A stretch of DNA of 64,000 nt from a virus (IMGVR_UViG_3300035365_000057:12555-76554); one strand, 5' to 3'; shown: positions 11,562 to 20,911, counted from the stretch's first letter. Numbers and translations are program-made. The notes: generated by a model from the letters alone, not told the origin.

Positions 11562-11696
11562 TTAAAACCAGGATAACAATCTCTTATACCAAGGTTTCTT
11601 AATCTTTGCGATTTTAACGCGTGATTCATAGATCTGTTCCCAAATATTTTCCTCACATGCCGTTAAATCAATAATAATTTCAATTTGCTTTTTCAT
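11562..11696 (-). CDS. 44-aa protein with amphipathic basic C-terminus (KKPWYKRLLSWF)
   Basis: ATG 11696 to TAA 11562, manual translation. Confidence 0.6.
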   Translation of the reverse strand: MKKQIEIIIDLTACEENIWEQIYESRVKIAKIKKPWYKRLLSWF

Positions 11697-11753
11697 AAAT
11701 GTTAGTTTTTATATTTAAAACGATCTAATATATTTAAGTTCTAATTTGATGTA

Positions 11754-12284
11754 TTATTTCACCAACTCATATGGGTTAACTTTTGCATCACCTTTTACTC
11801 TACCCATGGATACTTCTTCAGATTTAACCATATCTTCTAGCGAATTAATACTTTCCATAACCTTACCTACAGATGTCATACCTGCTAACAAATCTTTAAT
11901 CTTCTTCTCATCAAGAGTATCATCAAGAGATTCTTTGTAATAGTTACTAATACTGTCTAATTTCAAGCGCATGTTATTTAACATTTGTAATGCTCTTGTA
12001 TTTAAGAAAGACTTATATTCATCTTCACACATCTATTCTTCAGGAGTAAGAGTGTAATCACTATTATCGAAGAATCTCTCTTTGAGTTTACTTTCTCTTG
12101 AATCAGCATCCATACTTTGTACATATGGACTATCCCATTTGTTATTAAGTACTATGTAACTGATTATCTTTGTAGCGTATTTCTTATCCTCTTTATCAGA
12201 TTCCCATAATTCTTTGAATGCAGGTATAATCAACATATCCGGATGTATAGTTACGGAACCACCTACAATATCAGCTAGCTTCAT
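11754..12284 (-). CDS. Conserved 176-aa protein upstream of terL (candidate small terminase subunit)
   Basis: Two track ORFs abut across a single TAG at 12033-12035; function inferred from position only. Confidence 0.6.
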
Positions 12285-12570
12285 TTTCTTTATTTATTTC
12301 ATTCCGCCAACGTGTAATATCATCTTTTGCTACGGCGTCAGTAACAACAATTATTTTTTGTTTATTATTATCTTTATACCATTTAGAAAGTACTAGTATA
12401 ATATCACCAGCTTCATAGTCAACAACTTCATTCTAAGTTATTACTTGACCATCTTTTTCAGCTAGATATATACTACGTATATCTATATCGTTTGGTGTAT
12501 TCTTTAATACGTTATGTTCCTAATCGAAACATACAACGTCATTCCATTGATTTACTAATAATTTATCCAT
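12271..12570 (-). CDS. Hypothetical 99-aa protein with two TAG read-throughs, likely paralog of 12573-12914
   Basis: MDKLLLVNQWNDVVCFD(TAG)EHNVLKNTPNDIDIRSIYLAEKDGQVIT(TAG)NEVVDYEAGDIILVL...KQKIIVVTD; TGA overlaps next start. Confidence 0.65.
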
Positions 12571-12572
12571 AA

Positions 12573-12914
12573 TTAACGGCTAATTTTACAACAACCATCA
12601 CAACATTCACAGTCATTAATAAGTTCATCCAAACCTTTAAAATATTCTACAAATCGTTCGTCGTGCAATATAATTATTTGTTTATCTTGATAATCTTTAG
12701 TATTAGAGTACATTACGAAAACTATATCGTTTTCTTTAACTTCATATTCGGTAATTTTACCAAAATGGTCTTTTACTCTAAGTAAACCATCTTCTTTAAT
12801 GCGATAAGAATAATCAATGTTAATACCTGAATTAACGTAATCTATTTGAGGGAAATCGCCATTATTATCTAATTCAAACATACGATTATCCATATCATAA
12901 TAATAATTCTTCAT
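12573..12914 (-). CDS. Hypothetical protein
   Basis: 113-aa ORF in the co-directional gene array. Confidence 0.7.
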   Translation of the reverse strand: MKNYYYDMDNRMFELDNNGDFPQIDYVNSGINIDYSYRIKEDGLLRVKDHFGKITEYEVKENDIVFVMYSNTKDYQDKQIIILHDERFVEYFKGLDELINDCECCDGCCKISR

Positions 12915-12971
12915 AATTAATCTATTCTATAACCTAAATAAACTTCTTTAACTAGTCTCTATAATATCTCT

Positions 12972-13349
12972 TTAGCACGACTTAGTGGTACATTCGGGTT
13001 CACATACTCCGGATCCGTCTTGTATTTCCATATTATCTACTGATACTCCTTCATTTCCTACTAAAGACTCTCTGTTTTTATATTTTGCCTCATACTTCTT
13101 AGTTAATTCCTTGCAAATATCATCAATCATTTGAGCTCGATTTTCATCTATATTTTCTTTGGTATTGTTGATAATTTTATTAGTAATCTCATCAATCATA
13201 TCACTACTAAATTCATCATACATCAACACACCTTCATTTATACATTTATCTACTACAGCATATAACTTTTGCAAAGGCTTTGACAAAGTTTCAACTTGAA
13301 CAAATGCTTTTTCTAATTTCCACTGGATTAAACTATCTTCTTTAGTCAT
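12972..13349 (-). CDS. Hypothetical protein
   Basis: 125-aa ORF overlapping the upstream gene by 8 nt. Confidence 0.65.
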   Translation of the reverse strand: MTKEDSLIQWKLEKAFVQVETLSKPLQKLYAVVDKCINEGVLMYDEFSSDMIDEITNKIINNTKENIDENRAQMIDDICKELTKKYEAKYKNRESLVGNEGVSVDNMEIQDGSGVCEPECTTKSC

Positions 13350-13773
13350 CTTGTTTTCTTATTTTATTTAAAGTGTTACTAATACAATCTGCTGACCAAC
13401 CAACTAAATACGCATATGCTTCATTTCCGCTAGAGAAGTCTTGTGAATATAAACCTAATTGTTCATAGAAATAATCAGCTACATGAACCGATTCGTGTGC
13501 TATTACTTCTGTAGTTACTTTATTCTCATTCATTAATATGATAAGTACACCCAATTCATCAGTTGCTATATTCATTACTGCGCAAGTTAATGCTATACTA
13601 GTATCATATTCAAAATCACGTTGTATTTCATGATATGTAGAACAATTCTCTAAGTTATCTATACCATTTACAAATACGAATTGTTCATTTAACTTATCTA
13701 TCTCTGTAGTAATCCACAACTTTCTTGGATAAATTTTAGGGTCGTATTTATCAACATTGAGCTTCTTTTTCAT
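13342..13773 (-). CDS. HExxH zincin-like protein
   Basis: IAHESVHVAD...NEAYAYL motif. Confidence 0.65.
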   Translation of the reverse strand: MKKKLNVDKYDPKIYPRKLWITTEIDKLNEQFVFVNGIDNLENCSTYHEIQRDFEYDTSIALTCAVMNIATDELGVLIILMNENKVTTEVIAHESVHVADYFYEQLGLYSQDFSSGNEAYAYLVGWSADCISNTLNKIRKQDD

Positions 13774-13954
13774 ATCTTTTCTTAACCTTTATTTTTCCTA
13801 GATAAGTAAACCTAACAGGTTTACTATCATAATTACTTATTACATCATTTAGAAAATGAAAGGGACTGTTACATATGACTTCTATTACTTGATAAGGCAA
13901 ATTGTACTTATTACTTAACTCAGTATATATACTCTTTGCTTTCTTTATCTACAT
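13751..13954 (-). CDS. HU/IHF-like small DNA-binding protein (67 aa); codon 2 is TAG; missing from ORF track
   Basis: ATG-TAG-ATA...: M(Q)IKKAKSIYTELSNKYNLPYQVIEVICNSPFHFLNDVISNYDSKPVRFTYLGKIKVKK; helix-helix then V-x-F-x-x-LG-x-I-x-V pattern of the HU/IHF fold. Confidence 0.65.
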
Positions 13955-14327
13955 CGATTAATCTGTAATAATTATTATCTGATAAATATTTGTTATCGAC
14001 AAATAACGGAATATTGTTGAATGTTTTTGGCCTAATTATATTTGCTACATGCATTATTTCTGCCCAATCACAGGATACAGTAGAAATTATCTGTTTCAAT
14101 TTGTTTATTTCTTTATTGTTATATTTTCTTATGGGAGTATAAATCTTAACATCTTTCAATCCTTTGACATAACAATATTCAGTATTATCTCTAAGTAATA
14201 ACGCTCTGTTATAAGGTAGCTCTTTTCTTCTAATCTTATACCACAATTCTTTAAAGAAATTGTGCTTTTTCCATATTAATATTGTACCGGCATTCAGTGG
14301 TACATAGTTAATTTTTATCTTTTTCAT
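13920..14327 (-). CDS. Hypothetical protein
   Basis: 135-aa ORF overlapping its neighbours. Confidence 0.65.
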   Translation of the reverse strand: MKKIKINYVPLNAGTILIWKKHNFFKELWYKIRRKELPYNRALLLRDNTEYCYVKGLKDVKIYTPIRKYNNKEINKLKQIISTVSCDWAEIMHVANIIRPKTFNNIPLFVDNKYLSDNNYYRLIDVDKESKEYIY

Positions 14328-14697
14328 TTATTCTTAGTATTATCGTAACTTGTATTCTATCGCCGATTATCTCAGGTACTAATATCTTATTGACTATAAC
14401 TTCGTCTTCGATTTTACCTTTAACTAAGAATCCTTTCTCTTTAAATTTAGTAATGTACCTACTTAGATTATCTGGAGTAATACCTAATGTTTTACGTATA
14501 TACTTTCTATTATCAGTACTGATAACATTCTTACTTATATTCGGGAGTTTTGGAGTATTGACATCAATGTCAATCAATGTTGCCAATAACTCCAATTCCC
14601 TATCAGTTAAATCTAATATACCATTTAAAGACTTTAAGAATTCCTTGTATAGATCAGCTTTAGATACTGTCTTAACAAGTTTATTCATATCATGCAA
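14308..14697 (-). CDS. Putative winged-helix transcriptional regulator
   Basis: LTDRELELL...RKYIRKTLGITPDNLSRYITKFKEKGFL resembles an HTH/wHTH. Confidence 0.55.
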   Translation of the reverse strand: MHDMNKLVKTVSKADLYKEFLKSLNGILDLTDRELELLATLIDIDVNTPKLPNISKNVISTDNRKYIRKTLGITPDNLSRYITKFKEKGFLVKGKIEDEVIVNKILVPEIIGDRIQVTIILRINEKDKN

Positions 14698-15076
14698 TTA
14701 ATTTACTCTTAATTTCTTTTAATACCTTAGTAAGGTTATAATATACGGTTTCAGCTTCCAATTTAACGCATGGTTGTATTTCACCATTATTAAATTTTCT
14801 AATTGTTTCATTAAGATCTGAATCGTATTGCTCAAGTAAAGAATCGATAAATTCAATTGTTTCTTTAATTGTCTTTTCTAAGTAACCGTTTGAATGTTTC
14901 AATTCTATGACATTTCCATTTTTCTCATAGATCTCCAACGTATTACAATCTATCGCCATATAACGATTAAAACCATTGTTTTCATCTATCATTTCAAATG
15001 TATTAGTGTCAACATTATATTTAAAGATATCACCTTTCTTCGCAATACCGAAACTTTTAATAACTTTATATTCCAT
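14690..15076 (-). CDS. Hypothetical protein
   Basis: 128-aa ORF. Confidence 0.65.
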   Translation of the reverse strand: MEYKVIKSFGIAKKGDIFKYNVDTNTFEMIDENNGFNRYMAIDCNTLEIYEKNGNVIELKHSNGYLEKTIKETIEFIDSLLEQYDSDLNETIRKFNNGEIQPCVKLEAETVYYNLTKVLKEIKSKLIA

Positions 15077-15157
15077 ATTATTCTTTAGTTTTATTTAATT
15101 TATATGCTATTAACCATATTAATGCTACATACAAACCTATCAAACAAATTCCTTCCA

Positions 15158-15508
15158 TCATTTCTTTATTGCAATAATGTCGTAGGCTTTAACTAACTGG
15201 CTATTCTTAAATAAATCGAAATCCTTTGCAAATTTCTTATTGTAAACAACAGTATCACCTACTTTGAATTGTGTTTCAATATCTGAAGGAATCTGTAATA
15301 TTACACCAGTAGCCCAATCAGATTCAACTTCCTTTGTCTCAGTCTTAGTATCGTAGAGATTATAACCGTCTTCGTCTTTCTGACCATTTGGTATTTGTTC
15401 TGTAATTTCTTTAGTAACCATAATAGGATCTAAAGGTTTTACAAGAACATCCTTCAATACCGTATACTCAATTCCATTTACTACTGTTTCTAATACTTTA
15501 TCTTCCAT
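15158..15508 (-). CDS. GroES/Cpn10-like co-chaperonin
   Basis: DVLVKPL...GVILQIP...FKVGDTVVY...LVKAYDIIAI pattern. Confidence 0.65.
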   Translation of the reverse strand: MEDKVLETVVNGIEYTVLKDVLVKPLDPIMVTKEITEQIPNGQKDEDGYNLYDTKTETKEVESDWATGVILQIPSDIETQFKVGDTVVYNKKFAKDFDLFKNSQLVKAYDIIAIKK

Positions 15509-15513
15509 ATTGT

Positions 15514-15714
15514 TTATTCTTCTACTAATTTAAATATATTTCCACCATTTGAACAACATATCGTTACAGCTCTATTTGGACATTTCTTGCCTAAGAAATA
15601 ACAACCATCGCATGTTCCTGTAGGGCTAGACTTAACAATAACTTTGATATTACCAAATGGTATTTCTGTTTCATTTTTAATCATATCTGCTATGATAGGA
15701 TCTTTCTGTCTCAT
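15514..15714 (-). CDS. Small Cys-rich protein (CxxC...C...CC)
   Basis: MRQKDPII...GTCDGCYFLGKKCPNRAVTICC; start coupled to the upstream stop. Confidence 0.6.
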   Translation of the reverse strand: MRQKDPIIADMIKNETEIPFGNIKVIVKSSPTGTCDGCYFLGKKCPNRAVTICCSNGGNIFKLVEE

Positions 15715-15893
15715 TAGATATTCTTTAGTATAAATCCTTGTCTGCAATACTTTAGCAAATAATTACTGCACGCATTATTGTCGTTTAATACACAACCTTG
15801 GCATCCGCCTCTTACTTTTTCATTAATTAATACATATTCTTTATCTTTATAAATGATATGCTGTCCTTCTTTAGCTCTTACTTCCTTCTCCAT
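15714..15893 (-). CDS. Small Cys-rich protein, likely paralog of 15514-15714 (59 aa, missing from track)
   Basis: MEKEVRAKEGQHIIYKDKEYVLINEKVRGGCQGCVLNDNNACSNYLLKYCRQGFILKNI. Confidence 0.6.
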   Translation of the reverse strand: MEKEVRAKEGQHIIYKDKEYVLINEKVRGGCQGCVLNDNNACSNYLLKYCRQGFILKNI

Positions 15894-16215
15894 TATTCAA
15901 TCCTTTATTATGTTTATCACAGTATAACATCGCTATTGCATTCCAAGCTACCGCAGCCAGATGTAGACATCCTGTTTCTTCATCGAACGTATTGCCTTTT
16001 TCGTATTCCATTAAATGTCTTAACATAGCACCTTTATATCTATTGTATCCGTCAGGTAAACCTTGCCACTTATTTGGACCGTATTTTTCAGCACCGGCTG
16101 TATATACTTTAACAATATCTTCAATTTCTTCTAATGGGAGTAAATCCCATCTTAATTTGTGATCTTTAAAATCGTTCTTTACACTTTCAGTTTCCATAGT
16201 ATCGATTATACGCAT
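15871..16215 (-). CDS. DUF5664-type dATP/dGTP diphosphohydrolase-domain protein
   Basis: K.D..KLRWDLLP...GAEKYGPNKW...AMLRHL...DEETGCLHLAAVAWNA. Confidence 0.8.
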   Translation of the reverse strand: MRIIDTMETESVKNDFKDHKLRWDLLPLEEIEDIVKVYTAGAEKYGPNKWQGLPDGYNRYKGAMLRHLMEYEKGNTFDEETGCLHLAAVAWNAIAMLYCDKHNKGLNNGEGSKS

Positions 16216-16411
16216 TAATGAATTTATTATTAGTATACCTCGTCAACATTTCTTTATGAAGTTCTTTTACGAATTTTTCATTTGCGTATATGAATTGGTT
16301 ATTTCCTAAATCGATTTTAAAAATACCGTTATCATCACAAGTAATACTTGGATTATAATTCATATCCTGTAATACGTTTCTTAATTGATCTAAAGTTACT
16401 TTATTCTCCAT
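16187..16411 (-). CDS. Hypothetical protein
   Basis: 74-aa ORF overlapping its neighbours. Confidence 0.6.
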   Translation of the reverse strand: MENKVTLDQLRNVLQDMNYNPSITCDDNGIFKIDLGNNQFIYANEKFVKELHKEMLTRYTNNKFINAYNRYYGN

Positions 16412-17348
16412 CGTGATTTATATATTTGTTGTATAGTTCGTCAAATTTACCTGGATACATTTCATTTAATTTGACTAGTAATTCTTTAGCTAATTTCTGT
16501 GCATCTGGGTGAGCTGAAGGAGCACAACGTAATTCAAAGAAATGAATCCAATCAGATAATAATCCTGTCATTACTAACTCTGTCTTTAAAGCATTTGGTA
16601 ATACTTGTCTTGCTTGTTGTGGTTTATATCCATTTTCTATCAAGTTTAGATAACCTAACTCAGAATTTATTGCCGTGTATAAAAATGTTTTAGTATACTC
16701 ACTAACTTTCAATTTAACTTCCTGTTTTGTTAAGTCACTCTATACGAAATTAAATGTTTCCTCTAACCCATTTAATACTGTATTATTAGAAATATCATCA
16801 ACCCAACTAGGAATAATAAAAGTTAATCCGTTTCCAAACTTATTTTTAGAATAATTACAATATCTTGTAGATTCAGCGGCGAAGCTGAATGTTCTGTGTC
16901 TTGTAAATTCTGCAAGGATACCTCTATCACAAGTCCATTTAACGGTAATGCGCTTTTCGTGATATTCAGTTGGTTCACAGATATATTGTAGATCATCTAA
17001 TCTGTTATTTTCAATTATAACTCTAAAGTTAGTTGTAACATAATATACATCGTCTTGTTGAACTACTTTAGAATATTTATTCCCGTTTCTCCAAAATAAC
17101 ATTGCTGGTGGTATATTACTGTTGTCTTTGGTTATTTTTAAGTAAACAGTACCATGTTCAAGTACTGCCCCGTGGCGGGACTTAATCATTCTATCTACAA
17201 ATGCTTTAGCACTATCTTCAGTAATCTTATCCTCAGATTTATAGCATGTTCTACCAGCTAATTCAATCTGTTTGTACATACCATCTAAACCTGGTTGTTG
17301 TTCTAATATCTCTAAACCCGAATTAATTAGTCTCATATTTCTTTCCAA
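16401..17348 (-). CDS. thyX: Flavin-dependent thymidylate synthase (one TAG read-through at 16740)
   Basis: RHGAVLEH, EFTRHRTFSFAAESTRY, QQARQVLPNALKTEL, FFELRC motifs; two track ORFs in the same frame joined by TAG. Confidence 0.9.
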
Positions 17349-17664
17349 TAAATAGTTTAACAGCCCAATGTGATCTATAACGTTTTACGATATCTTTCCA
17401 AGTGCATACTTTCCAGTACAATTCCGAATTACTATGTTTTAGTCTTTCTATTTCGACATTTAAAGAACTGATTTGATTATTGAGATTATTAATCTTGTCT
17501 TCATAATCTTTTCTCACAATATCGTATACTTCATTGTACTTCTTTCTATATTCATTTGCCGCATTCTCATACCTCTCTTTTGAATCTCTTATTTCTGTTT
17601 TTAGAAGTAAGTTTTTATATTCAGAAGTAGTAATCAATGCTGTATTAATACGTGTATCCATCAT
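17323..17664 (-). CDS. Coiled-coil hypothetical protein
   Basis: 113-aa ORF with heptad pattern. Confidence 0.6.
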   Translation of the reverse strand: MMDTRINTALITTSEYKNLLLKTEIRDSKERYENAANEYRKKYNEVYDIVRKDYEDKINNLNNQISSLNVEIERLKHSNSELYWKVCTWKDIVKRYRSHWAVKLFIGKKYETN

Positions 17665-17833
17665 AATAAAAATAAATTATCTAGAGTAAGAGTAACTATT
17701 TAAGTTATTATTACTGTTCTTAGTAATACCCCCTTACCCCCTTTGCACATACATAATAACGTAGTACTTGTTAATTTGGTATTAATATTTTAACATTTGT
17801 TAAGGATTTATACAATAATTAAGTAAAAAATAT

Positions 17834-18088
17834 TTACAAATTGTTTGTAATCAAATACTGATCTATCATATCTCTTAATTCTGGTATAGTTTGTGCTTCA
17901 ATCTTGATAATATTGTTTTCATTACTCCGGATATGCCCTATATAATGGGTTATTTCAGTAAATAAATTATTATCTAATTCGTATGCTGTTTTAGCATTAG
18001 TTACTCCGCTAATCCATATTTTAACAGATTTATTAGAATAACGATTGTTAATTTCGGTTAATTGTTTATAAATTTTTTCAATATCCAT
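17834..18088 (-). CDS. Hypothetical protein, first gene of the minus block
   Basis: 84-aa ORF. Confidence 0.6.
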   Translation of the reverse strand: MDIEKIYKQLTEINNRYSNKSVKIWISGVTNAKTAYELDNNLFTEITHYIGHIRSNENNIIKIEAQTIPELRDMIDQYLITNNL

Positions 18089-18363
18089 AACTTTTATTTA
18101 AATTATTTATATATTATTAACGTAAAAGTTAAATAAAAATAAAAATTAGTAAAAAATTTTTACAAAAAAATTTTAAGAATTTTTGTGAGTGTGTGGAACT
18201 ATCCCCAATTCACCCCCCTCTGTCATCGATCGGCGGGAATACCCCGTTGGGTCGTCTACCCTAAAACTCAAAAAGCTGAGTATAGACTATTCTTCCGTGA
18301 CTGACAGGAATTCGGAAGAGGGGTGCAAAGACTGTCGTTTTTTTTATTATTTTTTTAATCACT
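18089..18363. other. Divergent strand-switch region (candidate genome terminus/origin and divergent promoters)
   Basis: Genes diverge here; an AT-rich tract is followed abruptly by a C/G-run-rich segment (18190-18330). Confidence 0.4.
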
Positions 18364-18513
18364 ATGAAATACAGAATAGATGCTTATCAAAAGAACGGTG
18401 CTGTTAAGCAAGGCACAAAGCTGTTAGAAGATATTGATGCAGCAATTAAATTAGCAAAACAAGTTGCATCTCATTATCATTGTTACACACGTATTGCAAG
18501 GGTACAGGCTTAA
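18364..18513 (+). CDS. 49-aa hypothetical early protein
   Basis: MKYRIDAYQKNGAVKQGTKLLEDIDAAIKLAKQVASHYHCYTRIARVQA. Confidence 0.5.
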   Translation: MKYRIDAYQKNGAVKQGTKLLEDIDAAIKLAKQVASHYHCYTRIARVQA

Positions 18514-18997
18514 TGCCTGTATTCCTACGCATACGGATGCAATTCAATCTCTACTGTAACTTATTGGTAATTTAGATTATTAATTTTAGTTATTATCATA
18601 AGTATTATGAGCGATATACATTTTGCTTCAGGAGTGATATGTTTGTTATTATTCCTATGGTTTAGATATGTGGAGGATTAATATCTGATAAACAACAGAA
18701 CAATTCAGACCCAACTCCCAACACACGGCAGTAATAGAACAGTATTTACTACACAATATCCGGTACTGATTACACAGTACTGAGTATTGTTGGTAAAGGC
18801 TGCGCACCGGGAACAATTCAGCCCCATCTGCCACAAATTGGAGAGAAAAAAGAAAGGATTTAAGGATTTGTGAAGTTGTGGGATTGAGAGGTTATCCCAA
18901 TTTCCGAACATAATCGCAAATCAAATCCAAACATAATTTTCTCCACCGCTTAATATATAGCGATTAATTTAATTATTCACCAAAAAATCATACAATT

Positions 18998-19663
18998 ATG
19001 GCACGTTATCGTATTTTAAATCCAGTCATCAAGACTGTAGAGCAAGGCAAACAGAATGCAGGTAAGAAATATTTAGTTGCAGACCTTCAGAACACTATGT
19101 GTATTTGGGAACCAACCCAGATATTCACATGTTTCATTGACGCTATTGTTGCAGCATTTACTCCACTATTATCAATAGCACACGGAGGAACAGCACAACA
19201 AGATGCTCAACTACCAGAAGAACTATCAACCGTAACAGGTTGTTGGATTGACTGGGTACCGCCTCAGAAGTTCTATAAACAACATTTATCATCGCATCCT
19301 GCACAGCCAGCTACTCCTACAAGAGCAGCACGACCTGCAATACAAGCAGGTGAATTAGTCAAAAAGGGCGATACTCCTATTTTGTACACAACTCTTCGTA
19401 TATTCTGTCAATATTATCTTGACGAATTTAACGAAAAACAATGGATACGCGGAGGTTCACCAGAAGAAGTTGGACAAAGAGCATTCAGTGCATATTGCAT
19501 TCCTGCAAAAGAAGACGGAACGCCACAAGCAATGCCAACAGCTCAGCCAGAGATAGTAAGTGGGCAAGTTATACAAACAGCTCCACAACCTCAACCTCAA
19601 CAGCAAGTTCAAGGTCAAGGTCAATTCAATGGTCAACCAACACCCGCAATGCCATCATTCTAA
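18998..19663 (+). CDS. Early protein with beta-rich N-domain and Q/P-rich disordered tail
   Basis: 221-aa ORF; tail QPQPQQQVQGQGQF...PAMPSF. Confidence 0.7.
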   Translation: MARYRILNPVIKTVEQGKQNAGKKYLVADLQNTMCIWEPTQIFTCFIDAIVAAFTPLLSIAHGGTAQQDAQLPEELSTVTGCWIDWVPPQKFYKQHLSSHPAQPATPTRAARPAIQAGELVKKGDTPILYTTLRIFCQYYLDEFNEKQWIRGGSPEEVGQRAFSAYCIPAKEDGTPQAMPTAQPEIVSGQVIQTAPQPQPQQQVQGQGQFNGQPTPAMPSF

Positions 19664-19746
19664 TTAATAGATGACAACTTGAAAGAAAGTGACAGCCTGG
19701 AAAGACAGGCATTTTCATTGATTATTTACTTAAAACAATATATCAT

Positions 19747-19923
19747 ATGAAAAAGTTTATCAAAGAAACAGTATTAACAGCAATTTGTACATTTGCAATA
19801 CTATCATTTTGCGCATGGGATGTTCAATGGATTGCAAGCTGCCATGTAATATTACGTGTGTTTTTTGCAGTATGGTGCATAGCCATTGGCGTACTCAATC
19901 GAGTATATCTTGAAAATAAATAA
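19747..19923 (+). CDS. Small membrane protein (58 aa)
   Basis: MKKFIKETVLTAICTFAILSFCAWDVQW...; two hydrophobic segments. Confidence 0.55.
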   Translation: MKKFIKETVLTAICTFAILSFCAWDVQWIASCHVILRVFFAVWCIAIGVLNRVYLENK

Positions 19924-20111
19924 ATACGTATTATAAAAACTTAATAACTTCCCAAGTTGTTGAGGGCACCAGTTTTCCTTGTGACTTAGTTAGAAGCTGG
20001 CACGGCTACTATCCTGATATAAAGATGGTAATAAATGTGCATAAATTACTTAATTGTAAATCTAACGGTGATAAGTCACAGGGTTTAGGTGTAAAACACA
20101 TTATAATAGAT

Positions 20112-20240
20112 ATGGAATATACAAAAGAATACAAATACTGGGTATATCATAGAATTATGAGTAATCCAAAAGATAAACCATTTCTATTAGCTCATTTAAA
20201 ATTATTAGATGAGATTTTAAAAGAAATAACAAACTTATGA
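20112..20240 (+). CDS. Small hypothetical protein
   Basis: MEYTKEYKYWVY...; stop overlaps next ATG (ATGA). Confidence 0.5.
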   Translation: MEYTKEYKYWVYHRIMSNPKDKPFLLAHLKLLDEILKEITNL

Positions 20241-20458
20241 TATATATCATATTAGAAACATCATCAGATAGCATAGAATCTTTTACAAGGATTATATTTG
20301 CATCAACAGATAAAGAAAAAGCTGAAGACAAATTCAATGAATGCAAAAATCTTTGTGCAAATACAAAAGATGATAAATGGTGGAATGAATTTAATTTCAT
20401 TAAATATGATGATGAAACAAACCAACAAAAAACAATAGAAACAATAGATAATACATAA
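20237..20458 (+). CDS. Hypothetical protein
   Basis: 73-aa ORF. Confidence 0.6.
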   Translation: MIYIILETSSDSIESFTRIIFASTDKEKAEDKFNECKNLCANTKDDKWWNEFNFIKYDDETNQQKTIETIDNT

Positions 20459-20485
20459 ATTGCAATCTTTAACTACAATAAATAT

Positions 20486-20686
20486 ATGAAAAAAGAATAT
20501 GTTTTAGAACCATTTGTAGGAGACTATGACTCATCTTGTTTCAACTGTGATTTAGCTGATTACTGTATGGGGAATACTAAAACATTCGAAAAAACAAATC
20601 AATCTATTGAAGAAATAGACAAATTAATAGAAGAATGTTTATATGATGATTTCTGTTACATTAAATTGCATACATATGAAAGATAG
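20486..20686 (+). CDS. Small Cys-containing protein ending in TAG
   Basis: 66-aa ORF, CFNC motif; terminal codon TAG 20684-20686. Confidence 0.6.
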   Translation: MKKEYVLEPFVGDYDSSCFNCDLADYCMGNTKTFEKTNQSIEEIDKLIEECLYDDFCYIKLHTYER

Positions 20687-20750
20687 TTTAGAAGCTTTAG
20701 GATTTGGTCTATTAATAGGCCTATTATTTATTATTGGTTTAATATTATAA
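20676..20750 (+). CDS. 24-aa hydrophobic peptide
   Basis: MKDSLEALGFGLLIGLLFIIGLIL; start overlaps the upstream gene end. Confidence 0.4.
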   Translation: MKDSLEALGFGLLIGLLFIIGLIL

Positions 20751-20911
20751 GATATTCTATACACATTTCGCTTAGTAACTATTCTGTGAAAGGCAAATAT
20801 CCTTCTACAATCGTGAGATTGCAATTTACTTCGTTAAACTATAGTATTATGAGTCAGGTATGACCTCATAAAGAGTTAGGTAACGCTAACATACCATATT
20901 ACTATAGTTAC

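Noticed and set aside
15871-16215. DUF5664 as evidence of a 2-aminoadenine (Z) genome
   Set aside because: No PurZ-like gene in this window, and the polymerase is an ordinary PolB; the domain alone is insufficient
17728-17742. CCCCCTTACCCCC as a G-quadruplex
   Set aside because: Only two G tracts; not enough for an intramolecular quadruplex
603-18124. TAACGTA at 603, 17757 and 18118 as a late promoter
   Set aside because: Positions upstream of minus-strand genes are suggestive, but a short AT-rich 7-mer is expected several times by chance and is absent before MCP and terL
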